Shown here: positions 48,666 to 57,743 of the stretch, piece by piece | Numbering within the stretch: the stretch's first letter is position 1 | How the letters are laid out: every line of letters starts with the position of its first letter | Virus record (IMG/VR): IMGVR_UViG_3300020050_010385 | Coordinates: 1-64,000 of that record | DNA from: a virus | Lineage: Duplodnaviria > Caudoviricetes | DNA: 64,000 nt | Reading direction: 5' to 3' (one strand) | Notes under the pieces: generated by a model | What the model saw: only the letters and a program-made list of their open reading frames with translations | The model's database searches: none | Told to the model about the DNA's origin: nothing | Translations under genes and position numbers: made by a program

Positions 48666-48835
48666 GGGATTTCATTCTAGTGATTTTAATGATGGGTATT
48701 ATCGGCTGCACTTTTTCCAGACAAATGGAAGTCACGGCAACGGGTACGAATGTTGAGAGCATTTACGGTAGCGGTAGCTTGAACACTGGGTATAAATCTA
48801 ACACAACCACGGGGTTCTTAAATGGAAGAAATTAA
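48662..48835 (+). CDS. Small lipoprotein, spanin-like (not in ORF track)
   Basis: MRDFILVILMMGIIG-C lipobox. Confidence 0.55.
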   Translation: MRDFILVILMMGIIGCTFSRQMEVTATGTNVESIYGSGSLNTGYKSNTTTGFLNGRN

Positions 48836-49382
48836 AGAGGGAAAAGTGTATACCGATCCTAGGAGATTCACCGAAGCTGATTTACCTTTAATTGTTTTAG
48901 CTGATGACCTAAGGGGGTTCATTGGTTACGCCATCAAGTCCCATACCAAAGGAAATTACAACCACGCCTTCATTATGCATCGTCCAGGTTTCTGTGTTTC
49001 CCAGGACTTCGGGGGGTTCAAAGAACACCCGATCGATGTCTATCTTACGGAAGGGATGATGCTGAAATTCTGGAAAGTAAGAAACTTGACTCTGGTAGAA
49101 AAAAGTATTATCCTCTTGAACATTAAAAAGAGACTGGGAAGAAAGCGGTGGCAAAATAGCTATGACTTCCTAGGGGTTCTTGTTGGCCAGGTAACCCGAC
49201 TCCGTTGGATCCAGAATCCTTTTCAAATGTTTTGCAGTGAGCAGGTAAGATGGGATTTCCTTAAACCCTTAGACCGAGCAATTAAGTTCATACGTCAGCA
49301 ACCAAGTCCAGCTGACCTGGATGCTAGTTTCAAGCCAAACCCCAACGTGTTTATTCCCGCAGGGTATTGGTGGAGTGACTAA
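48822..49382 (+). CDS. Permuted papain-like (YiiX/NlpC-P60) amidase
   Basis: YNHA upstream of YD..G and FCSE. Confidence 0.75.
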   Translation: MEEIKEGKVYTDPRRFTEADLPLIVLADDLRGFIGYAIKSHTKGNYNHAFIMHRPGFCVSQDFGGFKEHPIDVYLTEGMMLKFWKVRNLTLVEKSIILLNIKKRLGRKRWQNSYDFLGVLVGQVTRLRWIQNPFQMFCSEQVRWDFLKPLDRAIKFIRQQPSPADLDASFKPNPNVFIPAGYWWSD

Positions 49383-49468
49383 GATACCCCTGCCGTAATT
49401 GGTAGGGCGGTTGGTGAAAAAACGGAAGAATAGCCTTCGACCTTGAGCAAGTTGGAGGCTATTTCTTT

Positions 49469-49891
49469 TTACTCAGTAATTTTATCTAAAGCCCGGAGTA
49501 GTTTATGCCTTAAAACAATCGGTAGATCTTTATCCAGTAGACATCTCAATTCCAGTTCATTAAACGAGAGTGTAAAACGTTTTTTACGCTCTGATACAAA
49601 TCCCGTTCTATGCAAGGTTGGTAATTTAAAACGAGGGATTCCATCACTGTCGTCGTAACCATAAGTTTTACCAATAACCGCATATAGCTTAGGAAACATA
49701 CTAACCTGTAATAATTGTCCACAACACTTTACCCAACCAGTGGTATCGATACTATTGGGGAACCTCTGTAATGCACCAACTGGCCAAAGCTTACTTTGTG
49801 CCCCTATGGTATCGTTATATCTTATGTACCAATCCCATTTATTTTCCATCTTGAACCTCCTCTTCGTTTGACCACTCATTATATCTTTCAA
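49469..49891 (-). CDS. Stand-alone tail-collar-domain protein
   Basis: PVG......GW..C.GQ.L....P.LYAVIG.TYG.....F.LP. Confidence 0.7.
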   Translation of the reverse strand: MKDIMSGQTKRRFKMENKWDWYIRYNDTIGAQSKLWPVGALQRFPNSIDTTGWVKCCGQLLQVSMFPKLYAVIGKTYGYDDSDGIPRFKLPTLHRTGFVSERKKRFTLSFNELELRCLLDKDLPIVLRHKLLRALDKITE

Positions 49892-50750
49892 TAAATATTT
49901 GTTCTCTCTTTACAGCCGCAGATCCTTCTTGGATTTTCTTAATTAAAAAAGCAATCAAGCAATAGATCCCGTAGATTAACCAGAATAATAACCCTAAAGC
50001 TATGCCTATAAGAATTGCTAAATTCACAGTTAGTGTTGGATTTGACTCAGGCACTTGTTAGTTCCTTTCCGAATGACTCATGTTCATGTATTAGTGTTCC
50101 TCTCTTAGTCCTATAGAATGTATCATGACAAGTAAAAAGGGTACCGTCTTGATTAAACTTGTGATAACAAAAACTCCAGTAGACCATTCTATTCTACCTT
50201 CTCTGAGTAATACATTCCCATACAAAAGGTCGTAACAATAGCTATAAATACGGTAGCTATGTAAGGAACGAAATACCAGGGAGTTTCTTCCAATGTAAGC
50301 TTACTGCCGATGTAAAAACCTACCCACAGTAAAATTAAACTTGCTGAGTATGAAATAATAGCTTTGGCACTGTTACTCATTTTCCACTCTCTTTCTCTAA
50401 CTTCTCAGCTAGGTGTTTTTTAAGACGCTCTATCTCCTTTAAAATTTTTTCTTTACTCCAGTGGTTTTGTATAAATCCATCACAGGTTCTTCCACATTCA
50501 TCCCAACAATAAGTACACTCTCGTAGGCTCATTTATTTACCTCTCCTTGGTAACCCCATCATTTTAATTTTCATCTCTGAACAAGTTTCATTACTTTCTT
50601 TGAATAGTTTTTTATCCACCAAGAACGATTTCATAATCTCATTCTCAATATCTATTATCGTATTTTCAATGGCCTTTTTAATTCTTTTCTCAATAGCTTT
50701 TCTTTGGCGACTATTTACTTTTACAAACTCAAAAACTATGGTGGTATTAT

Positions 50751-51230
50751 TCACTTTTTATCCTCTGTATTTACAAGACGTTGTTGGATTAAATAAATTA
50801 ACATTTTGGCTCTGGCGTCGGCTTCGGTAACTGCTTTCTCTCCGTGGTATAACTCAAATTGCTTATCGTAAGGCTTTGGTCGATATATTTGATAATCACA
50901 GTACCAAGCTTGCAATGGCTCAGGGGTTTTAAATTTACCACAGACAAGATGAGCTTCTTCTTTCCAAATTCCACCATTGGTAAACTGCTTATCTCCATTC
51001 TCAATATCAATCTTTGGCGGCAACAACTCCCCCAGCTCGGACGATAGGAAGGCGGAATATCTAAATGGTGAAGCCCAAGCCATAGCGTCTTCGCCAGAAA
51101 AAACATAAGCATCGTATCCTGTACCAGCCGCATTATCTGTTTCAGTCCAATAGAAAAAAGAACTTTGCTTAACCCCCAACTCCTTAAGCTTCTTACTCAA
51201 CTCCAAACTCGTAACATGATTCTCAATCAT
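50751..51230 (-). CDS. Conserved phage protein
   Basis: V.SLEL.KKLKELG..Q, AF..SELGE.LP, TEADA.AKMLI.L. Confidence 0.65.
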   Translation of the reverse strand: MIENHVTSLELSKKLKELGVKQSSFFYWTETDNAAGTGYDAYVFSGEDAMAWASPFRYSAFLSSELGELLPPKIDIENGDKQFTNGGIWKEEAHLVCGKFKTPEPLQAWYCDYQIYRPKPYDKQFELYHGEKAVTEADARAKMLIYLIQQRLVNTEDKK

Positions 51231-51892
51231 TGCTTTTCCTCCGTCTTGGCGAATAGGGCGTGGATGGCTTGCTCGACCATTAGAGCATTTTCGTAGGCTT
51301 TTGGTCCAGGTCCAAATAGGCAAACAATATCATTGTTTTCTGCGGATATACAGTAACCAACATATTTTTCTTTGTCTGGAGATAACTGGTTGCATTGTTC
51401 TACAAACTCATTCCACGGACGGTCAAGACCAAAGAGTTTCCAAGGCAGAGGGGATAATTTATTCATCTCTTCCACCGTCGGAACCCTCCGCTCGGGGATT
51501 GACATGGTTATATTTGTTTTTAACTGCTCATTTTTAATTGTGTGTTGAAGAATGTTGTTCTGCCCCTCTTTAAATCCGTTACTATAACCACGGCTGTAAT
51601 GGTATTCTTCCAGATTCTTCTCCGGCGCATACATCTCAGACATACACTTACCACACATCGGAACAGAGTTTAATCCATAAGTATCGGTTGGGGTCTTACA
51701 TTTTATACACTTCTTCTCTGACGTGTTCTCTACAAGATACTTGCGGGTGTTCCATTGGATTATTGTGGGAGCATTAAATCCGCAATCCTCGCATAAAACT
51801 GCCATTTCAATTGCTCTTCGCCACTTGGTTAATTTAATACCCATACAACCAGGACACGGCAATAACTCTTCACTCTTATTTGCGTCGCTCAT
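51227..51892 (-). CDS. Lar-like Zn-finger modular protein
   Basis: L.PCP.C...C..C....WNTR, then further modules. Confidence 0.6.
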   Translation of the reverse strand: MSDANKSEELLPCPGCMGIKLTKWRRAIEMAVLCEDCGFNAPTIIQWNTRKYLVENTSEKKCIKCKTPTDTYGLNSVPMCGKCMSEMYAPEKNLEEYHYSRGYSNGFKEGQNNILQHTIKNEQLKTNITMSIPERRVPTVEEMNKLSPLPWKLFGLDRPWNEFVEQCNQLSPDKEKYVGYCISAENNDIVCLFGPGPKAYENALMVEQAIHALFAKTEEKQ

Positions 51893-52119
51893 TTTGGCTC
51901 CTTAATAGCTTCATCGCCAACGTAAATGAAATAACCTTTACCTGTATCAATATAAATATCGTATACCCACGAAAAACGTTCACCAAAACCACTTTTATAA
52001 GCAACGCCTCTAACTTCTCCCTCTTGCCATACTTTTGGTGTCTTCCTGTAATTTAAAACAAGAACAGTGTCGCCATATTTAGCTTTCGGTTTACTTATGG
52101 TTATCTTTCCCACGCTCAT
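51889..52119 (-). CDS. Small SH3/KOW-like protein
   Basis: K.KYGD.V; starts in shared linker. Confidence 0.55.
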   Translation of the reverse strand: MSVGKITISKPKAKYGDTVLVLNYRKTPKVWQEGEVRGVAYKSGFGERFSWVYDIYIDTGKGYFIYVGDEAIKEPK

Positions 52120-52123
52120 CTCT

Positions 52124-52294
52124 TCACCTCTCCTCGGTCGATTGCGGTTGTGGGCTTTTCATATATTGTTGATAGTGATACCGACACATACAGGTGTTTC
52201 CGATTTTAATAACCGATGGATATTTACACATACGAGCATAAGCAGTACCCTCGTATCTAACATTGACTTGACATGGCTTAAGCTCCTTGCTCAT
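52124..52294 (-). CDS. 56-aa cassette ORF MSKE...QPQSTEER (not in ORF track)
   Basis: Translated by hand; Cys-rich middle unrelated to 4928-5092. Confidence 0.65.
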   Translation of the reverse strand: MSKELKPCQVNVRYEGTAYARMCKYPSVIKIGNTCMCRYHYQQYMKSPQPQSTEER

Positions 52295-52295
52295 C

Positions 52296-52667
52296 TCACC
52301 CGTCCTTTAGTTGTTGGAGTTGGTGCTTAATTTCAAATATTCTATCGTTCATGTCTTCGCACCATTTATTACTGACAATTTCATCAATCCTTGCCTCAAG
52401 TGTCCGCTGAATATGGAATTTACCGAGTTTTAAATAATTCTTCTTTAAACTAGGCTGCTGGTCTGCGGCTTCCCAAGTCAATGGGTCACATAAATGCTCA
52501 AACATATCAGCTGCCACCTTTTCTATCTGCTCTCTGAGTTCTTTATCCATAAAATATTCTCCTGCGGGTTTTCCATCTATATAGGCTATCGTTGGAGGAG
52601 TTTTTGCTACTGAACCGTCCATGAAACTATTTAAAGCATCTATTGATTTCTTAAGTTCGTTATCCAT
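52296..52667 (-). CDS. Hypothetical protein, paralog of 5094-5354 with extra N-terminal module
   Basis: MDKELREQIE...HIQRTLEA...QLQQLKD. Confidence 0.7.
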   Translation of the reverse strand: MDNELKKSIDALNSFMDGSVAKTPPTIAYIDGKPAGEYFMDKELREQIEKVAADMFEHLCDPLTWEAADQQPSLKKNYLKLGKFHIQRTLEARIDEIVSNKWCEDMNDRIFEIKHQLQQLKDG

Positions 52668-52684
52668 CTGTTTTATCCCCCTTG

Positions 52685-53080
52685 CTATCTACTCTCATCA
52701 ATATTGATAAATTTCCCAAAGGCCGGATCGTAGTTATAAACCTTGCCGTTCTTCTCGTATCTAATCCAAGCGTGCCCGATATTCTGCTTTGTACCAATCA
52801 TCATCGACGGGTTCTTGATGTCTTTGTCTTTCCTGATTTGGTTGAGTGTGTCCAGAGCCCTTACCCAACACTCTTTGCTTAACTCCAGAAGAGGCTCGTA
52901 GGGAGCGTCGAAAACGGCTTTTTCGGATTTAATTTCTAAGATATAGTTTTTGATCTCCCTTACTTGAAAGAAAGTCAAATAATACGGGATCAAGAATGAT
53001 ACGGCAAAAGCGATAAACCCAAAGTTATACCAAAAATCGTTATTATTTTTTTTCATACAATTCCCCTTTAAGGATGCCAC
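52685..53080 (-). CDS. Membrane-anchored transglutaminase-like protein
   Basis: TM helix; C...A, GHAW, YDP triad pattern. Confidence 0.55.
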   Translation of the reverse strand: MASLKGNCMKKNNNDFWYNFGFIAFAVSFLIPYYLTFFQVREIKNYILEIKSEKAVFDAPYEPLLELSKECWVRALDTLNQIRKDKDIKNPSMMIGTKQNIGHAWIRYEKNGKVYNYDPAFGKFINIDESR

Positions 53081-53640
53081 AAAGTTACAGTGTTTGAACC
53101 AACATGAACCATTGCCGCGACCGCCGAGCTTGACTTTAGCTTCTCTTGCGCTTCTTTGATCATCTGTAAGGCGTAGTCAAATTTCTTTTCTTTAACTGCA
53201 ATTCTTACATTGTTTCTTTCTTTTCTGGAAAAGAACTCAGTATCCTTCCCATCACGTGTCACCTGCTCGGAAAACAATGCCATGTCAAGGTGGAATAGAT
53301 TAGGTTCTGCAATATTTTTTGAGAGTTCGTACAAAAGCCATTCGTAATAAACTGCACTGGATGAACTTCCCTTTAAAACTTCATTTGCTTTTGCGAGATA
53401 CTCATCGAGCTTCTCTTTACTCAAACCCTTCTGGCTTAACTCTTTTGCTTCCCGAATCTCTTCAGCAATCTCTTGCATTTCTTTATCGTTCTTGAGTTTG
53501 ATAATACTTGTTACCTCAGATAGAGTTGAAAAATTACTTCCAGCACAAGCTTCCTTAGCGTGTAGACAAAATAGAACCATTAATACCAGTGCTATAAAGA
53601 TATATACCACCATCCCTATCATGGCTAATTTTACTTTCAT
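53068..53640 (-). CDS. Signal-peptide/membrane protein
   Basis: Hydrophobic N-terminus ending ACA. Confidence 0.55.
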   Translation of the reverse strand: MKVKLAMIGMVVYIFIALVLMVLFCLHAKEACAGSNFSTLSEVTSIIKLKNDKEMQEIAEEIREAKELSQKGLSKEKLDEYLAKANEVLKGSSSSAVYYEWLLYELSKNIAEPNLFHLDMALFSEQVTRDGKDTEFFSRKERNNVRIAVKEKKFDYALQMIKEAQEKLKSSSAVAAMVHVGSNTVTLWHP

Positions 53641-53798
53641 TGATACTTCCCTCCTTTTCTTTTACCTTTCATTGCCTTAAACTTACAAGCTTGACCACAA
53701 TATTTTTGGTCTTTATTATCCCCATATAGTTTAATCATCTTCTTGCATAATATACTCTCACACTTTACTTCTCCGTGGTATATTTTAGGTCTTGGCAT
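53637..53798 (-). CDS. Small Zn-finger protein (not in ORF track), homolog of 6468-6644
   Basis: RPKIYHGEVKC...GDNKDQKYC...GKRKGGKYQ. Confidence 0.65.
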   Translation of the reverse strand: MPRPKIYHGEVKCESILCKKMIKLYGDNKDQKYCGQACKFKAMKGKRKGGKYQ

Positions 53799-54162
53799 AT
53801 AAGGCCTCACTTAATCTTAATGACTGTTCTTTTAATAATTTTACAAAACCAGCAGTAGGGTACTTAATTCTTTCTAATCTATGAATAAACATGTGCTCTC
53901 CTCTACTCATAACTACTCCTTTAGCTGTCCATAAGGCCCTGCACTTAATGGCCTCTTCTACAGTAGTAATATTATTCTCTACTATGATTTTACTAATGTG
54001 TCTAAGGTGGTGTACTTGAGTAAACTTCTTTACCTTTGGATACGTAGGACACTGAGCTTTAATAATCTTTAACTTCCACCTTAAATACTCTTTAGTCTTT
54101 CTTATCTTAGCTATAAGAACTTTCATGGGACTGAGCTTCTTTTTCCTTCTTCTCTTTGGCAT
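53785..54162 (-). CDS. Degenerate HNH-like protein
   Basis: Y..W...I, QVHH, LW...G......H...H. Confidence 0.5.
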   Translation of the reverse strand: MPKRRRKKKLSPMKVLIAKIRKTKEYLRWKLKIIKAQCPTYPKVKKFTQVHHLRHISKIIVENNITTVEEAIKCRALWTAKGVVMSRGEHMFIHRLERIKYPTAGFVKLLKEQSLRLSEALYAKT

Positions 54163-54177
54163 TTTATTTCCTTTAAC

Positions 54178-54759
54178 TTAACGATAGTTTCTCAGTTCCC
54201 AGTAGATTGGATTTTTCTGTAAACTACCAACTTTTATTTTATAATAACTCCACTCTACTATACAAGATCCTTCATCCCAGCATAGGTCTCTTACTTCATA
54301 GATTATTTCATTGATCTCTCGATAAAAGGGAGATAGCTCATTAGTAACCCATTTAAGGCTCCCCGCAGGGATCTCAAGGCTCTTTTTGTGTGGGTGGGTG
54401 TCTAGTTCCCTTACCAGCCCAATTCCCTCTACGAACTCCACCAAAATACCTCCCTCGGGGAGGGTAGCTACTGTCCCAAAGGCTAAGCTATCCTTCTTAT
54501 CTAAGGCAGGATATAATAAGAGTAAATAGCCTTCTTCTAGGTGCCTTATTACTTTAGGTAAGAGGTCCATGGGCTTTAAGAGGTAATAAAAGGGGCATAG
54601 GAATTCATAGCCCCTTTCAGTCCTCATAGACAATAGAGTACCTTCATTCTTATCTAAGTAGGCACAAGCTTCAATAAGATCCCTGGTCATAAAGCACTCT
54701 AGGGTATTTAGTCCCAGTTCTTGCATTTTAATAATACTCTCTGATTTTCTTAGTGCCAT
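54178..54759 (-). CDS. Possible ATP-grasp (PPDK N-domain-like) protein
   Basis: S.R, VE.V.G.G, VEWS, I.WE.R pattern; weak. Confidence 0.4.
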   Translation of the reverse strand: MALRKSESIIKMQELGLNTLECFMTRDLIEACAYLDKNEGTLLSMRTERGYEFLCPFYYLLKPMDLLPKVIRHLEEGYLLLLYPALDKKDSLAFGTVATLPEGGILVEFVEGIGLVRELDTHPHKKSLEIPAGSLKWVTNELSPFYREINEIIYEVRDLCWDEGSCIVEWSYYKIKVGSLQKNPIYWELRNYR

Positions 54760-54760
54760 A

Positions 54761-55189
54761 TTAGTAATTACTTTTTTGTCTAAAAAGGTTAACCATAGAC
54801 TTTTTGAAATATAGGATATAAACTTGGGTAGAGGTAAGTCCTAACTCCAAAAATAGCTGGATCATAAAATGAAGAGCATCTGCTAGTTCTTCTAGGAAAT
54901 GGTCTTTATCCGTAGGTACATGAGTATTCTTCCAAGCTTTATTTCTTAAGCAATTACCAGCTTCATATAGCTCTTCAGTAATACGATATATGATAGCTCT
55001 TGCTCTTCTCTGCCCTTCAAAAGTATCAATATCTATGGGGAAACTAGGTAATGCTTCTCCATTTTTTATTTCAATTTCATAGTACTTCTTTTCAAGCTCT
55101 TCCTGTCTTTTAAAAATATCGGTGAGCATATCACCACTAGTTTGGAATTCCTTTTGAATATCTTCTTTAGTTATATTTTGAATATTCAT
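54761..55189 (-). CDS. Dimeric dUTPase/dCTPase
   Basis: EEL.EA...L.NK.WK, EELAD.LHF, K..VN.FRQ.S.Y. Confidence 0.85.
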   Translation of the reverse strand: MNIQNITKEDIQKEFQTSGDMLTDIFKRQEELEKKYYEIEIKNGEALPSFPIDIDTFEGQRRARAIIYRITEELYEAGNCLRNKAWKNTHVPTDKDHFLEELADALHFMIQLFLELGLTSTQVYILYFKKSMVNLFRQKSNY

Positions 55190-55375
55190 TTTACTACTCC
55201 TTTGTTAGTCCTAAGCTTTCTGCAATGAGTTGATCCTGTAGGCCCCTAATATCTTCAATATCCCACCCTCTTTCTAGTAGGTATTTTTCAACCATCCTTA
55301 AAGCTTTAGTAAATAGTTTAACAAGCTTATCATCATATTTAGTCTTCTCCATCATATTCTCCTTCACTTGTAGTT

Positions 55376-55720
55376 TCATTTTAAGCCTATTCTATAAGCA
55401 TGTTTAATATTCTCACTAGCTGTTACATATTCCAGATTACCCTTACAATTATTTAGCCTATCACCGTCCTTATGGTTTATTTGAAGTTTTCTAGGTTTTC
55501 TACCTATAAAAGCCCTTGCTACGATACTAGCAACTGAAATACTATTACCTAGTAAAGTAACATTTAAATATCTTCCCTTACCTCTCTTTTGTCCTTTTAA
55601 TATTCTTCCTGGCCAAGTACCACACATGGCTTTACCGTCTCTTCTTATTCTACCCAGTGAAGAAACTGAGTATAATTTTTTATAACCAATTACTGGTTTC
55701 CATACCTCAATCTTCGCCAT
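55376..55720 (-). CDS. NUMOD4-HNH homing endonuclease
   Basis: E.WKP..GY...Y.VS..GR; INHKDG...NN...NLEY.T..EN..H. Confidence 0.9.
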   Translation of the reverse strand: MAKIEVWKPVIGYKKLYSVSSLGRIRRDGKAMCGTWPGRILKGQKRGKGRYLNVTLLGNSISVASIVARAFIGRKPRKLQINHKDGDRLNNCKGNLEYVTASENIKHAYRIGLK

Positions 55721-56615
55721 CGTAATCAACCTCTGAAGTAGTTTCACCACCATCATTTTCCATGAACAACCGATGTTCTTTGGGTAAATCCATCCACTCA
55801 CCTCTCTTTGTACATCTATTCCAGTAGCCGCACATTTGGGGAGAGCAGAACATATTATTTTCTCTTTGTGGTAGGAATACTCCTCTTCTTACCTGAAGAA
55901 CTATTTTATAAACTAGATTAATAAACTGTCTAGTATCTTCTGGAGTAATGATCCTTAGCTCACTGCTTCTCATTTCAGGCTCAGCCTTCTTAATTAGAGT
56001 ATCAAGTACAAAGCCAGAAGGATTCTTATTAAACTTAGCTTGATACCCCAGCCAATAAGAAACTCCCTGAGTAGACTTTATAGCTTCTAACCAATTAGGG
56101 GCCCTACTCTTATTCTTTAAGTCCCTAATCATATGCCTAGTGGTAACCAAGTCAATAGTACCAGTAATACTAGCATTGACCTCTTTAAACTCTATGGCAA
56201 AGGGTTCTTCAACGTATAAGGGATCTACTCTCTTAGCTAGTTTCTCATAATAAACTGGTAATGCTTTCCTAATACCGTACTCCCTCATAGCCTCAGGCTT
56301 TTCATCCTGAGTAAACCTAGTTAAGACTGCTCTCTCTTTCCATGATTCATTGAAAACATCCTGAAGCACTGATAATTTAGCATCTCTACCTTTTCTTAAT
56401 TTGTACTTATTTTGATGCTCAGCTGACTTGTGCATTGAGGTACCGAAGGTAGCATAGCTACGAGGTGGTTCTATAATACCCTTGTGGTACCTAAATAAAG
56501 CCTGGGCAGAACATTTTAAGGCCATTTTAATATAGGAGGTTCTTAGAACAATGTGCTTATTAGGCGGTATCATCCAGCCCTCAGTATTATCTAATGCTTC
56601 AGGATGTTCTCTCAT
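55707..56615 (-). CDS. PD-(D/E)XK (Cas4/AddB-like) exonuclease
   Basis: C...GT..H, G.ID, DLK, C....C.Y...C. Confidence 0.8.
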   Translation of the reverse strand: MREHPEALDNTEGWMIPPNKHIVLRTSYIKMALKCSAQALFRYHKGIIEPPRSYATFGTSMHKSAEHQNKYKLRKGRDAKLSVLQDVFNESWKERAVLTRFTQDEKPEAMREYGIRKALPVYYEKLAKRVDPLYVEEPFAIEFKEVNASITGTIDLVTTRHMIRDLKNKSRAPNWLEAIKSTQGVSYWLGYQAKFNKNPSGFVLDTLIKKAEPEMRSSELRIITPEDTRQFINLVYKIVLQVRRGVFLPQRENNMFCSPQMCGYWNRCTKRGEWMDLPKEHRLFMENDGGETTSEVDYDGED

Positions 56616-56617
56616 GA

Positions 56618-57535
56618 TTATTTCCTTACTCTGTTGCGTGGTTTACGGGTACGAGCTGGTTCTTCTTCCTCTTCTTCAACTACCTTCTTCTTTTTAGTGA
56701 CCTTAGCTGGCTCTTCATCATCATCTTCAGAGTCATCATCTGAGTCATCTGAGTCATCTGAGTCATCGGAATCATCATCATCATCAGCTACTTTCTTTGA
56801 TTTACCTTTTGGTTCCTCATCTTGATCATCATCATCGTTATCAGAGTCATCATCGTCGTCATCACTGTCTTTGGATTTCTTGGCCTTAGTACTCTTTCCA
56901 AAGTTCTCAGCAATAACATCTTCTTGTTCATCTTCATCTAATTCCTCAGATACCTCATCTTCTAAATCAAACATCTTAGAAAGATCTGGTTCACCATCTG
57001 CATTTAAGGCAGGAGTAGATTTTGGTCTAACTCTTACTTCATATCGAGTATCAGTCATACCAGTTCCTTCACGATCGATAATTACGTCGAAGCCTTCTTC
57101 GAGGTCGGTAATATCACCAATGTCCTCATCATCCATAGCTCCAAGTAATACCTTTAAGGTCTTCTTACTAAATCCCCAAATGCAAATCATACCAGTTTTA
57201 CGATCAATGATATTAGCAAAGTACTTAGTCTTTGGTTCTAGTCTCTTAGCTAATTTTTCTCCTTCAGCCCCTTCTTGCTTTAACTTATTGATATACTGCA
57301 TGATAGGGGAATCATTACCAGTAAACTTAACTGAGATACCTCTACCATCTTTTTTAAGACCATAGTGAATACTTTCCTCATGATAAAAATTACCTGAATC
57401 ATTATTAGGAGGTAGGATTCTTACTCTATTAGGCCCAACTACGGGCTTAAAAAATTTACCACTTCCGATCTCAGCTAATTTTTGTTTAGCCTTATCCATG
57501 TTTGTTTTACCAATTTTACTTTTTTGCTTTACCAT
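56618..57535 (-). CDS. T4 gp32-like single-stranded DNA-binding protein
   Basis: G.N.VRILP, H, Y.ANI, D..D...G.D..I.R.G.G..T.Y; acidic tail. Confidence 0.75.
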   Translation of the reverse strand: MVKQKSKIGKTNMDKAKQKLAEIGSGKFFKPVVGPNRVRILPPNNDSGNFYHEESIHYGLKKDGRGISVKFTGNDSPIMQYINKLKQEGAEGEKLAKRLEPKTKYFANIIDRKTGMICIWGFSKKTLKVLLGAMDDEDIGDITDLEEGFDVIIDREGTGMTDTRYEVRVRPKSTPALNADGEPDLSKMFDLEDEVSEELDEDEQEDVIAENFGKSTKAKKSKDSDDDDDDSDNDDDDQDEEPKGKSKKVADDDDDSDDSDDSDDSDDDSEDDDEEPAKVTKKKKVVEEEEEEPARTRKPRNRVRK

Positions 57536-57743
57536 TTTTTTCTCCTTTACTTTTGTTTGCTTTGATTTCTTCTGGGGTAGCTTTACCGATGATCCTAAAA
57601 ATAACATCCCCATTTTCCTTTGACTTACCACGAATAGCCTTCATATTATTTTTCATGATAATAGTTTCACAATCTACCATCTCTACTTTCTTACCCAGCC
57701 GTACTGAATAACCATAGACTTTTTCACTCTTATCTTTTTTCAC
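57516..57743 (-). CDS. DUF5679-like small basic protein lacking Cys
   Basis: Y.V...K.EM.......KN...A..G......G...FRI.G. Confidence 0.55.
   Translation of the reverse strand: MKKDKSEKVYGYSVRLGKKVEMVDCETIIMKNNMKAIRGKSKENGDVIFRIIGKATPEEIKANKSKGEKNGKAKK

Noticed and set aside
39217-49891. Invertible tail-fibre (shufflon/Gin-type) system among the three collar genes
   Set aside because: No invertase, and no DNA-level inverted crossover sites noticed.
56720-56870. TCATCTGAG-type tandem repeats (also 11420-11545, 29360-29580)
   Set aside because: They simply encode acidic or charged low-complexity protein tracts.
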